Positions 1-12,725 of a stretch of 64,000 nt of DNA are shown here, one piece after another. Within the stretch, counting starts at the first letter, position 1; the number at the start of each line of letters is the position of its first letter. The stretch comes from Marsupella aquatica (Eukaryota > Plantae > Marchantiophyta). Location of the stretch: the NCBI GenBank assembly GCA_973895155.1, contig OZ316895.1:24121438-24185437 (forward strand). Direction: 5' to 3'. The notes beneath the pieces are model-generated. The model saw only the letters and a program-made list of their open reading frames with translations. It was not told where the DNA came from and ran no database searches. A program made the translations under genes and the position numbers.

Positions 1-692
1 GATCTACGATTTGAGCTAAAGGTTGTGACGCCTCGCGCACCACAAAGCTCACACCGTCGGGAAAACAATCTCAGTTCTCCCCCAAAAGAACCGTCGAAGA
101 AAACCGTTGAACACGAATCACAAAAAATCCAGAACGACGGAAACGTGAATTCCTCTACACCACGAACTCCGTTCAGAGATTTCTTTGCACCGTCGGAAAG
201 CCCTTGCCCCGATCTATCCGTTGAGCCCAACACCTCCAAGTTCCATGCGATAGATGTTCCTGAAATCCACCAACTCTAACCGCTGGAAAAACCGTCACCA
301 ACACATCACGAAAATTTTGATCACCTCAACGTCACCTCCCAGGCTTGCTCTGATACCAATTGTTGAACTAAGACGTCATTCGCAACGACCATACAACCAT
401 GACTCATTCCATGCACACGTAGTCGACACAATCTCTATGTGGTTCACCTCTTCTCCAAGGCTACGTACACACGAACACTCAAGCTTTACTTCAAGAGTAG
501 ACGAACACACATGCTCTCTCTCTTCCTCCTGTTGCTCTGTTACAATGAGTAAGCACCACACACCAATGGCTTACACTAGCCCTGGTATATACAAGGTCAC
601 ACACGACTAACCTAACCTCAGCTAAGATCCTAACTGTGGTTAGCCTAAGTGCCGTAACCTATGAGTCACAAGACTAAGAGCAATCCTTAACA
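1..692 (-). mobile_element. 5' end of an LTR retrotransposon (probably Ty1/Copia): 5' LTR 361-692, tRNA-iMet PBS 347-358, internal region running off the window start
   Basis: GCTCTGATACCA at 347-358 is the reverse complement of the canonical PBS TGGTATCAGAGC. It lies 2 nt from a 332-bp segment bounded by TGTT...AACA. The Copia call rests only on the short LTR. Confidence 0.85.
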
Positions 693-2615
693 AGAAGTTC
701 TATGGTCGCCTTTAACTCTGGTGGCTAGTGCACTGGCATCCGCTCTGAAATAGCATAACTCAAGGGTTGTTTCAAGAAGGCCAAAGAGCCAGAAAGCCCA
801 AGAATCCCTTACGACAGCAACAGAACTAAAGCCTTAGTGAGCAACAAACTGAAAGGATTAGTAAACCTCTGGAGTGAACAATGAATGTGGGAGGATCACT
901 AAGAGGAAATTGTATGGAGGTCCTCACACCAAGAGCCTTGGCACCACAAGAAATAGTGGATGTCTAACTCTCTATAGTAGTATAGACACCCAGGTTTTAT
1001 CTAAGAATGGTTACAAATTAAGGATATGATAATTTGCAATCAAAGTCTATTACACATAACTTACTCCCTATGGTAAAGTCATATTTATCCCCAAACCAAA
1101 AACTTTAATATATGTAGACTATATTTATGAATAGGGACACGCATGGGAGGCTCTTAGGGTTAACTCTTAGGTCTTGGATTAATCCTTCGTCTAATCGGCA
1201 TTAGGGACTTAATGAGGAATAGATGCAATTAATCTGCCTAGCATATCAAGGAGCAAGGAAGTGATCTTCTGTGAGACTCATGCTCATTCTTGAGGGAACA
1301 AGGTAGGTAGAGCAAGGCAGCTAGGTTAGCAACCTTTGAGCTTGTACAAGGAGGCTTGGTGTGGCTATGGTAGCCAGAGCTTAGTAAAACTTGTCTATTC
1401 CCATGGAGGTCACCTTGGCCAAGGTGAATCACAGATCTCTCATCTCGGTGTGATCTTGCTTGTTGGTTCTTTCATATGTATGTGTCACTGGTTTTTTGAA
1501 TAGAGTCTGGGCAGAGACAACCTTTCTTGTGCATCTGCATGGGTATTCCAGCTAAGAGCATCCACACCAGTTTGCCGGTTGCGGGCTGGCATTCATTTTT
1601 TCCAAGTTGTTATTGAGGCCTCGACCTATGGATCCAGGAATGGCAAAACGCGTCTTGCACCGGTTGCAACTTTTGGGCCTGAAAAGTTTGAGTTCACCAT
1701 GGTTTGAAACTGATGCGGGTGCAGTTTGGACCTACGATTCTGTGAGACTCCATGGGAGTTCAAATCTCAAAATGAAATTGTTGTCAAATTAAACAAGAAG
1801 CTCGTTCTGCTGCAAGAGCTTCACAGCCGGGCAGAGAGAGGGAGTTGGAGAGCAGGATCGAGGTGGAGTGTCGTGAAATTCCCCATGAAGTTTAGGAAGG
1901 CATGGATCAATTGGAGACAGTCAAGAAGAATTTGAGGCAGCAGATGGAAGTATGGAACACTGAATTGGAATAAGAAGAAAGTTTTTGGCAGGAGGCATTA
2001 TTTGTAGGACCTACGTCCATACAAAATCTTCAAACATACAAAATCTTCAAACTAGGACAATGAAATGGCAACACAGAGGTGGTTCGTTGTCTAGCAAGAG
2101 GGGCAATAAAGATCAAAGGAGAGAGCGTGGGCACCAGATGATTATGGATGATTACTTTGTAGCAAACTGTACCTACGATGATAGGGATTTTTGAAGAAGG
2201 TTCAGGATGACCAGGAGGCTCTTTCGGAAGATTTTGGATGCAATCTGTGCCCATGATCAATTTTTTCAGCAGAGACATTATGCTGCAAAGAAAATTGGTG
2301 AACAATGACTTATTTAAATGTCTTGGACCGGTCGCCTCTGGTCAATGATCGATTGCACGACCAGTATGATCAGGTATCCTACATTGTGAATAGTACAAAT
2401 TACAAAAGAGCATATCTCTTGGTAGATGACATTTATCCAAAGTGGTCTTGCTTTGCAACAACAATTTGCCAGCCCCAAATTGAGAAGAAGTGTTTTAATG
2501 CTAAATGTCAAGAAAGCTGCAGAGAGGATGTTGAAAGAGCATTTGGAGTGCTACAAGCTAGATGGGGATTGTGAGGCAACCAGCAAGATCATGGCATTTA
2601 CAAAGAGTTACTAAT

Positions 2616-5130
2616 TGTCACCTGCTTATCAAACGATTTACACGACAAATACGTATTTACTCCTACTAAAATCATTTGTTATCGTATGACGGGAACGTGG
2701 AGGGACGCTATTAGGATTCTATTGCATGTAGGATGAGTATGTTTATTACCGCTCCCGGAAATGTAGTTTTTGATCAAGTCTACCGACTAGTCCCGTTGCT
2801 TTTGATCAAGTCCCATGGACTACGCCACACACACACTTCTACTGGTCGTTGGTGGAGTGTTGTCACCACCCCCTACTCACATGGTCGACCAATCCGTGCA
2901 AGGATTCCTTAGACGCTTCTTGGGAAAGAACACAATCGTGAGCCGGAAAAGATAACGCCACACCAAAACTTGAGGAATCAAACCAAATCCATATCTTTTG
3001 GCAAAAAGTGGTAACACATTGCAAGGACAACCCGGCCTCCTGCCGTCTGCCCAACTCCTGCCTCACTGGAGCAAGTGCTACACCTCTACATCACTACTCT
3101 GGTTTGAATTCCCCTTCTGGCTATGAGCTTACTTCCCTAGCACCAACACTAGACTGAGTTCCCCCCCCCCCTCACTACTACGGGGCTCACCCCCTAAATA
3201 CTCAAAACAACACACCAAAGCACCCCTCACGGAGTGGCAACAACAGCGGCAACCCTAGCGGCACCGCCAAAAATATCTAAGAGATAAACTAACCTAAAGC
3301 GTGCGGCACACACACGCTGTGAAAAACCCTAGCCCACTACGGTACCAACGATGCCTTCGCCGGTACCAACCGTAATCATCCATAGTCTCGGGGAAGTGAG
3401 GGGGCCACTCATGGTCGAAACCTCAAATATGTCCAACTACTCCCCTGAGGAGAGCCCTGGATAGCTCTGCTCCTCATGATCACGAATCACCAACCCGCTC
3501 CCAAAACAGACGTCAAACGACCAAGTTATGGTCGTTTTAGTATCACTTACTGACCAACTTCGTCGGGCCCTATCTTCCTCATCCTGGCTCCGTTTGAGGA
3601 GCGCCGCCTCTTGTTGGAATCAGCTCCGCGAGCTCTTTTCAAAAAGCCCATGAGTGCCCACTTCCAAAAACATTTCAAAGTCAAGAGGTCGTACGGCCAC
3701 CCTAGTCCTTCTCCTCACTCACGGTGCCATGGCTTGAGCCCCGTGAGTTGGTCTCCTCATCAGTCCTCCTCCTCCTCACTCACGGTGCCCTGACTTGAGC
3801 CCCGTGAGTTGGTCTTCTCATCAGTCCTCCTCCTCCTCACTCACGGTGCCTTGGCTTGAGCCCCGATCCTCCTGTTCGCCACCACCGGTTCGTTGTAAAA
3901 GGAGGGGGCCCCTATAATTGTCGAAACCAAAATTTTCTCAGAATTCACTTCTGAAAACATATCTGAGGAGCCCTCCTTTTCCTGATCACGGCTCCATAAA
4001 CGGTGCACAAAACGGAGGTCAAACGGCCAAGATATGATTGTTTAAGTTTTTACGGGGTACCGTCTCCCTTCGTTTCGTCCGTACAACATGTTTCCCCCGG
4101 CTTTGCAAAACACGGATCACGGTTTCCCCGTATGTGCTACTACCTCCTCCTTCCCTTGCAAAGCTAGGACCTCCTTCCGTATGGACGTCTGTACGGCCTC
4201 AAAACCATCGTATTTTCAAAAAACGCGATTTGTCGTATCTCCTCCGTCTTAGCTCCGTTTCGGCCGTGTGACACATCGTTGGATTCAGCTCGGAGAGCTC
4301 TTCCCAACAAGCCCATAGACTCCTGATTTTGAGATGGTCAAAAATCTAATGTTCGTACAACCAGGGTCCGTACACACGTTGAAAGCAAGCACAAGAGGGA
4401 AAGGGTTTAGGGTTTAGGTATGGATGGAAACCCCACAAGTGAGAATAGAGAAAAAGGGAAAGAAGAAAGTGTGAGGGCCCCTTCTACGGTGGCCCTTCTA
4501 CGGTGGGGAAGGGAAAGAGAGCAACAAAAAAACATGTGAGGACCACACAAAGGGTGAAGGGGAACACAAGTGTGGGAACCCCTTCCTTCTAAGGGCCCTC
4601 CCACCATCACTACTCCAAGATTGTCTAGTTTACCGTTTTACGGGCGTTGAGGTCCCTCTAGATGTCACTGTTTGACATAGACCTAAAATCAACTAGAGAA
4701 CCTAAGTTTCGCATGGGGCTCATTGAGGGCTTCAAAATGAATCCAAACATGACCATGTTTGGAATAGTACTAGCGCAGCAACGTCTGTTTTAAGTTTCAA
4801 CGTTTTCTATATTTTGATCATTCTTCCCGTTTTGCGCCTTATGTGGAGCCTCCGACCAGCCCCCACCCCTCCAAGATGCCCACACCTTGGCTCCAAGTCC
4901 TTGGGCTGCCTTGTGGCCTCCTTGTACCCCCTCAATGGTTCCCTTGTCATACATCACCGCCCGACACCCCTCTCAACTCCGACCTCCGGTTGTCGCATCC
5001 ATTTATTAGAACTAACAAAAATAAAAAATTTGAAAATCCAAGCACTTTTACTACACCTACTTGTCTTTCTACTCATATACGCAATTATAAGTCATCACTA
5101 AGTTACTACCGGGTTTGGGGCCCTGTCACA
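2616..5130 (-). mobile_element. Solo LTR (about 2.5 kb, probably Ty3/Gypsy) inserted in the Harbinger transposase
   Basis: TGT...ACA termini with a perfect 5-bp TSD CTAAT (2611-2615 and 5131-5135). Removing it rejoins the transposase. No coding domains seen inside. Orientation is inferred from the TGTGACAGGGCCCC start on the minus strand. Confidence 0.8.
3706..3865. repeat. About 61-bp tandem repeat (about 2.5 copies) inside the solo LTR
   Basis: TCCTCACTCACGGTGCC..GCTTGAGCCCCGTGAGTTGGTC..CTCATCAGTCCTCCTCC repeated. Confidence 0.8.
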
Positions 5131-5899
5131 CTAATATTCTCATGACATGCGTCATTCTCCACAACATCATAATTGAAGATGAGAGAGGGGAAGAGCACAA
5201 AGATTTTTGGGCAGAGGCTCCTGTTTTGACTTTGTGTAGAGGGATGATGCCTTGGAATGACTACCTAGCTACAATTGACAACCTAGCTGCAATTGGTGAC
5301 TTGGAAAGTCATAGTTGACATTACAGTTTGAGGAATGACCTCATTGAACATCTTTGGAAGAGAAAGGGTGAGGTGAGATTGGCAGAATGGGTGAGACAGA
5401 TGGGCAAGTAAGTTTTAGAATTAGAGAGTGAAACTTTCCACAAATTGCAAATATCTACAGTAGGGCTATTTCCTTGGAGTTTGTACTACAAATGTGCTAT
5501 TTGTAAAATGAATTTGCAATCTTTAATGTACAATACACATGTGCAATTTGCATGCAAATTTAAGAAATCTGCCGTTGGCATTGTCAAGTCTCAATGTATA
5601 GTTGATGCAATTCAAAGCTCATAGTTAATTGTTGGTGCAAATCAAATTTTGAGCAAGCGCAGGTGTCTGGATGATTTTTGAAGAGTTACCATAGTGGCAT
5701 GGATAATTATGCAGAAAACCATCAAATTAAGAAACAAGAAGCACTTGCAGTGGATTTATCTTGCTCAGTGACACAAAAAGAATTGTCAACATCACCATAG
5801 AAGCGATCATACTCTGTTGCCTTTATTGAAGAAAGAAAATGACAATTACATTGACCACGAAGGTCCTTTCATTGCAGGCCCATACTGCAATATTAATTA

Positions 5900-6872
5900 C
5901 TCAAAAATGTAGACCATTGTCAAACTGTGGAGTTTGCACATACTCTGGATCCACATTGTCAAAATCAGGATGCTGCACGTATTTTGGATCCACATCGTCA
6001 ACTACATTTGGGGTGAAACTTGGTTGTGGAACTGGTAGCAAAGTTCTGGATGTTGAAGGGGTAGCACGTTGAGCAATATTTTGGCCATCTCATCCTCCAT
6101 CCACAACGCCATAAAATCCATCTTGGTTGGAGTAAGATAATATATTGGCATAATCAACATGTTCATCAAGGATTGTGTCTCCATAACTCTCAATCGCTCA
6201 GGACCAGTCTCTACCATCAATTTTGAGCTTGTGCAAAGATTTGAGATCATCTTCTTGTGTCGTTGCTTTCTTGGCAGCTTCCTTTCCCATCTTCGTTCCT
6301 GGGGGGTCTCTAATTGACATATCCTGTGCAACTGCCATCATCCCATTGCTCTCTCTGTCTCCCGTCAGATTCAATAGCACCATCTGGTGAGGGAGTATCA
6401 TTCTCCTTGTCCCCTTGGTCAGCAACAATATCCCTCTACTTTCGCTTTGGTGGCTGCTTCCCGTTCTTCGTTCCTGGTGTCATCACATCTTGAGGCATTG
6501 CCCACCGTGGGCAATCTTTCACAATGTGGTAGCAGACAGTAAAAGCAAACTCCTTGCCCTTGGGATGGTGCTACTTGTACAGCTCCTTTGCCTTCTCCAA
6601 TGTGTCTTCAGAGTTGGTTCTAGAGATGTCGAGATCTTCTACAACTTGAAAACATCCAATAAATCTAGAAACATCCTTTCAAACTTCACCCCACTTTGAT
6701 TCAAGGGACTTCGCAGTTCTCATCTTGGTGCCTCCCGGTTTGTTTTTGTCGTACTAGTGTTCCCCAATCCTCTCCCAAACCAACGCAGGGATCTTGAGAT
6801 ATTGTCAAGACAGTAGCTATAGCACAGTTGCTTCAATTTGGGGTCACTAAATTTTTTTCCTCGTGCTTCCAT
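5900..6872 (-). pseudogene. Harbinger ORF1 (Myb/SANT-like DNA-binding protein with NAM-associated domain) remnant
   Basis: The minus strand reads MEARGKKFSDPKLKQLC..., then GKEFAFTVCYHIVKDCPRW and RDPPGTKMGKEAAKK, matching ORF1 patterns. It has stops and frameshifts, and the 3' end is approximate. Confidence 0.7.
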
Positions 6873-9129
6873 GTGTAGAAAGCCTTGTTGAGTGCAAAGC
6901 ATTGTTATTGCACGTACAAGCTTTGCACGGTGAAATTGGGACCACGAGCTTTGTTACAGTACTGCAGACCGTGAATAGTATGACTCGAAGCTTCATTCCA
7001 ATCCTTGAAGCTTGTCTCAATCTCCCACGCATTGTTGGCAGAGGTGCGGGAGGGAAATTTCAAGTTGTGCCAGATGCAAACATGTGGCAGGCTGCAGGAC
7101 GTTGATCATATTTGCCAAGGCTCGGGCTGGAAGTTTCCCGCTCAGGCATGGAAAAGTATTTTTGCCTGGGCCTGGATGTGGTTTACAGATGCCGACCTCT
7201 GATGCATGCAACGTTTTTGTCACCTGGCCTAGAAAGGGTAATTATACAGGTTCCGTACTAGTTACAAGGCACCGGTGCAGATACTCTAATAGCAATAACT
7301 CCCTACATATCTTAGCACACTAAACACCCCTATAAACACCTCAAAATATGCCTTAGAGATAGCAGGTAGAAAAGAAGTTGAAGCTTGAATGGACCTTGCC
7401 TATTTTACAGTCACCACATAAAGAAAAGGTGTCAAAGTTGTTGCTTAATTGAGCCAAGGAAGTCTTGAAAGCAGTCTTGCATTTGACACTCATAACATTT
7501 TCAAATGTAATTGGAATCAAGCAAAATTTGATTTGTTGGGAAGCTCATTTGAAGCCCTTTATAATGAGTTAAGGTGGATGTTGAGACTTGGTGGTGTGGA
7601 TATATCTAGCCTGAATTAAGATGATCATCCACAGTCACCAGTTAGGTTTGATTTAGACTCTATATTTTAATCTCTACTGTAGAACATGTTGCTCAAGCAA
7701 ACATCAAAGTTCAGATGCAGTCCATTAATCTGGTGGGTACAAAAGTCTATCGAAGCATATCAACAAACCATGAGCTCCATTTGACCATCATTTCCAAAAC
7801 AATGAGCAAACATACATGGGGAAAAATTACTCAATCGCTCTTAGGAGTTATCAGAATTACCAACTAGATTCTAAATTTTTGGCTGCTGCACAGACAGGCA
7901 TCAAAGGGTGTGCCACTGTTTAGCCGCTCCATGAAAACATAGTTGAAAGGAAAAACATGATAGTTGCAATGAAACATATGGATCCATATGAAAATTTCAG
8001 TTAATGTACGTTCAGATTCGGGACTAAAGGGACTCATTGAATCTGTCCTCAAAGGCATATTTCCATGACTTTGATAACTTGCAACTTGGTAATCTCCCCG
8101 AGTAAAAAAGTGACGAGACTGGGACTGAAGAAGCAAACAAAGAAGTGAGGGAGATGAGACCCAAGGAAAAGGGACAGGAAGCTAGAAATAGAAGAGGCGT
8201 AACCCAAGACTAGGAATGTGCCACCCCTGGAGCAGCCTTGGTCACTTACCTTTGGCCCTTAAACCCAAGGCCGTGCGTTAAACACAGGAGGAGCCTGACT
8301 AAGTGCATTTGCCAATTGGGGGTCTAATTCAAAAGCTACACTCCCTTTAACATTCTGGTCCAAGCATGGTGGACTCGGCAACTGACTGTAGTTGGGGTCA
8401 TAACTCGCAACTCTTGACTCGATTCGCCTTTACTTATAGCACCTTGACTTCTAGCACCTTGGTCTAGCTTAGGCTGACATAGAGCTCATGGTGTTGCTAC
8501 TAGATTCAGGCTGACTAATCCCTGGAAAGCCATTAATGGCTTCCTACATCTGCTCGCCCACCCTACTTCAGCTGCCCAGTTTTTTTTATAAATGGACATT
8601 TTTTCAAAGTGTCACACTAATTTATGTTGAACCCCACTTCTGGGTTGTGTGAAAAGCCCTGAATGCTACTAGCACCCACGTGTGACCACCTTCATTTAAG
8701 TTTTTTCCAGGACCGAGGGAGGAGTATCTCAAGACATCTCTGACATGGCATCTTCGCGTCAGCATCTGGGTTTATTGGCAGTGTTGTATACTATAGACAA
8801 AGAGCTTTAGGGGATCCTATTCTAGTTCATGACTCCATTGTTCCTAGTTGTGTGTATGGCCCATGTTGTAACAAAGTGGTCATGTTTGGTGTTTTTTTAG
8901 TGGGAAAAATCTGCAAGATTCCTACTTGATGAAAAATTTTGCTGTTATTTCGAGTTAACTATGCTTCCAAACCCTTCCTATCTTCTAAAGTGAGTTGTCT
9001 CACAAGTTTGGGACTGATTTAAGGGGTTCAATGGAATCTATGATTGGTATGTCTGATAGATTTCGGTGGAAGGACAGGAATGGTTTCTTTCATGCCTCCA
9101 CTAGCAGTATACTTACTCTTACAAAATAA

Positions 9130-10360
9130 AGATTTTGTGCCAATTTTGGGGTCTGCAGAAATGGCTTATGGAGATCCAATATGTTTCTGAGCAAGGAATA
9201 TTTGGGAAAGTATTTGGAAGAAGTTCAGAGAGGAGAAAATCACCTTCTTTTTGTGGCAGGTGGCTCGTCGAATCATCACTACTAATCAATTTATTGTAAC
9301 ACGTTCTAAGCGCAGAACTGAGTTAGGGATAATTATTATGTTCTCCAGATTGGATGAGGAGTGGTGGTGTACTAGATGCGAGGGGGAAATTCATGAAGAT
9401 ATACTGCATTGTCTTTGGAAATGTCCTTAATTGGTGAAGGTTTGGTCTTGGATTAAACCACAACTTCTCCTATATAAGGGGAAGTGTCCAAGACCTCCTC
9501 ATTTTTTCCATATTTCAATCACTGTTCTCCTCTAGCATGCCCGTTTGCTCCACAATTTCAGGAAAAATCTCCTTTTAATGGTAACTACGGGTAACCCGTA
9601 GCTTTTGAAGGGCAGTTGAAGATGATGCTGCATGCGGTTGAGTCAGATGACCCTTCTTTTGGTTTTGATGCAGCGCAAGTGCTGGGTGCGCAGTGTGTTC
9701 TGCAAAGATGGAATTTTCCACTTTTTCTCTGGCATTTGGTTCATGGTGTTACTTGTTTACAACTTTGGAAAGCTCGGTCTAGAGTGAAGAAGAAGGTGCG
9801 AATTTCTGTTTGTGGGATTTAGTGCAAGATCTGGCATGAGATTCGTCTTAATATGAAGATTGCTTGGACAAGGGATTGATTCAGGTTATCAAGAATGTCC
9901 GCTGCAGATGGGAGCTTATTGGGCGAATGCAGAGAGACTTTGGTTGTGAGGGTGGCCTGTAATGTTTGCATGAAGATATGTTTGTGGTGGATTTGCCTTC
10001 TTTCTGTTGCCTGGCACCACGCATTAGTGGTTGTTCCAGGGTTAGTTGTAGATGTTATTCACAGTTGGATTTCTCCATATTCTGGATTTTCATCTGGGTT
10101 CAGTGTTTCAGATCTGGTTCATTGTTGGGTCTTTCCCTAGACTTCAGGTTGAGTTGGCCGTCACTTCTGCGGTGTTTTGTAGTTTTCTTATGGAGGGTGA
10201 CGTTATGTTTCCTTTTCACTTTCCCCTTTTGCCTTATCCCTCATTTCTGGATGCATCTGGTTCTTGAGTGGTTGTTGACTTTCGCTCCATTGTACTCCCT
10301 GTTTTATTGGGATTTATTTTTCACATGAGTAAAATGCTCCTTTCAAGAAAAGGAAAAAAA
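9130..10360 (+). mobile_element. Degenerate 3' fragment of an L1-type LINE (zf-RVT region, 3' UTR, A-rich tail)
   Basis: NIWESIWKK...FFLWQVARRIITTN, then CTRC...EDILHCLWKCP..VWSW, then LQLWKARS; T-rich 3' region ending in an A-rich run near 10345-10360. Confidence 0.7.
9457..9617. mobile_element. Short MITE-like element inserted in the LINE fragment (copy 1, right end truncated)
   Basis: It interrupts the LINE frame and aligns by eye with 51077-51243 (CTATATAAG.GGAAGTGTCCAAGAC...ATTTCAGGAAAA...CTAC.GGTAA). Confidence 0.6.
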
Positions 10361-10369
10361 GTCTTGCTG

Positions 10370-10560
10370 TTTTAGACAAAAAAAATTTGCTAGGTTTCTG
10401 GTCTTCCATTAGCCAATTTCTCACCTAGGCACAGAACCCACTAGCCAAACTCTGATGGTTGTGCTTAGATCAAGGCAGACCTGATGGGCAAAATTTAATC
10501 TAGGAAAATTAGAGAAGTATTATTCCTAGCATCTTCTCCTTTGCACAAGGTGAGGTTTGT
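10370..10560. repeat. Dispersed repeat; a related copy lies at about 45530-45830 in a WD40 intron
   Basis: Shared AAAATTAGA.AAG.A.T.TTC.TAGCATCT..TC.TTT..ACAAGGTG and TAGCCA.TT...AC.TAG.CA blocks. Confidence 0.5.
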
Positions 10561-12725
10561 CACCTGACCCGGACAAAAAAGAACAAGAAAAACCTTATGA
10601 AAGCTCCATATTAAAGTTCTTCTGTGACAAAATTGTCCGCTTGGCCGAATGTGCTTGGTCTGTGCCTGCTTGGCCAAATGTGTTTGGTCTGTGCGTGACT
10701 TTTGGCTTGTTGACCTTTCTCGGTCTGGCCAGGTTTACTCCAGTTTTATTGGGATTTACTATTCATATAGTAAAGGATTCCTTTCAAGAAAAAAAGAAGA
10801 GAATTTCCTGACCAAAATGAACCAAAAAAACCTTATAAAAGCTCCATATGAAAGTTCTTACTCTGCCCGGATGCCACAGCGGGGCAGGTAGCAGTGTTGT
10901 CCGAGATCTGAACGCTTTCCCTTGCCCGGATTGTGAAAGCTCCACTGCCCGAAGCGAGAAAACGCCTCCTGCACGGACCGAAGACAACGTGGGGCACCAC
11001 CTGTCACACTGCCCTTTTCGCAAAAAGGTCGTGCGTTTCCTTTTTTGTTAGCCCTCGGACACAGAGGTGGATGCCCGACGGGCAGGGACCAGCGGAAAAA
11101 AACAACCTGGTGCTGCCCGACCGCGAAAACAACGACAGCAACCCCCGGGCAGTAAACATCTCGCCCTGCCCAAAACATTGCCGGGCAGGAAAATACACAA
11201 GGAACAGAAGTACAGTAATAAACGTATCACATACAAACTACAAACGTCCAAACGTTACACCGCGGGCAGCAGGTAAACAAGGAGCAGAATCTGCGAATAC
11301 GCTACCCGGATGTGGAAGTTTTTCTCTGCCCGAGGCAAGAGCACCGCGGGCAGCCGTGCAGGCAGGAATGATAAAAAGTTGAGGCCACTCTCCCCTCTGC
11401 CTTTTCTCCCGTTGGGTCAACAACACAATGAAGTAATGAACCCACAATAGGCAGTGCAGGCCCAGGAGATCGCACAGCGGCGTTGATTCCTCCGCACAAG
11501 TGACATTCATTGATGCACGATCAGAAAGACGAATCAATTTGTCTCGAATCTGGGGCATTGGTTGATTTTTCGAGGCTACTCACGCAGGAAGAAGGTGAAG
11601 GACCGCAGTGGAAGTCACCCAAAGCGTTTTGATACAGCGATTGGTTGTTTGATGGATTGATCGGAGGTACTACCCCTGATGACGAGTGATTGTAGAATAA
11701 ATCGCACATGGCACTAGTTGCTGTAGTAGCTTGAGATTCATTCGACATGTTGGTTGATGATTTTATTTTCGTTTTGAAGCTTCGGAATGCTGTAGTTTCG
11801 TGATTTGGTCGTTCTCCTATGTTGCTGAGGTTTAGGGTTGCGGTATGGATTTCTTAATCGTTCCCCTTGGAGCGTGTGATCCTGAGCCCAAGTCCTTCCC
11901 AATTTCCAGCTCTGACACCGCATGCGAAAGCCCTCAGGCGCTAAGCTTAACTATTCCCTTCTTACCGTGCCTCCCTTGAGAATCCATTTTTTACTTCCCC
12001 TGCTGTGTGTAGTGATTCCTCCGGCTCAGTCGCTCCGAAGGTCAGTCGTAAACCTCGGACTGTTGCTTAGGTCACCCATGTGCTTTCTGAGGTGCTGAGG
12101 GTTTGAGAGCGAAGGTAAAGCGATTAAGACTCTGCATTTCTCTCTCTAGACTACTGGTAATTGAATTGTTGTTGCCGAGGAGTGCAGCAGCACGACAGAG
12201 GCTCTTATTGCAGAGCGGTGGCCAGTCAATCCTCTCTGGGCGAATGGAAGCAGAAGCATGAAAACACAATTCACGTTCATAAGCCCTCAGAGGTGGATCA
12301 CCCGTCGGTGTCAACGAAATTGGTTGGCAGGACAGTAGAGCAGGAGGAAAAAATCCCCAAACGGAGACACCAATGGTTTTCGAGAGATGAAGTTCAGGGA
12401 TCAAAACGGGAGTCTACTCAGAGGGAGCCGTGCTTATGATGAACGTTGAGGCTGGCATTCTCTGTGAAGGAAGCTTTGAGTACATTGACGAGATTGGTGG
12501 CATCAGCAGTCGTCATCACCGAGATGCGGCTGGCAGTCTCAAGCAGATCATGGCTGTGTTTCAATTAGGAGAAGAACTTACATCCAGATTAGGTGCAAAT
12601 GGAGACAGCTGGATGAGGCCCACGAGATTCGTGGGCAATGTTCATGATCTCAGAGCAGTTAGGACGACCGGCAAGGGGGGCAGTAGTGGGTCCTATAGTG
12701 GAAGGAGTATTGGAGTGGAGTAAGA

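Larger units (their letters stand above)
2060..5370 (+). pseudogene. PIF/Harbinger DDE transposase remnant, internally deleted and split by a solo LTR
   Basis: Motifs DDYF...RRFRM, LNVLDRSP, YLLVDDIYPKW, QESCREDVERAFGVLQARW and, after the insertion, ILMTCVILHNIIIEDE. Stops and frameshifts are present and the central catalytic block appears missing near 2300. Boundaries are approximate. Confidence 0.85.
1556..7286. mobile_element. PIF/Harbinger DNA transposon, defective
   Basis: TAA target duplications at 1553-1555 and 7287-7289. Imperfect TIRs GAGCATCCACACCAGT and (rc) GAGTATCTGCACCGGT. Carries convergent transposase and Myb/SANT-like ORF remnants. Confidence 0.85.
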
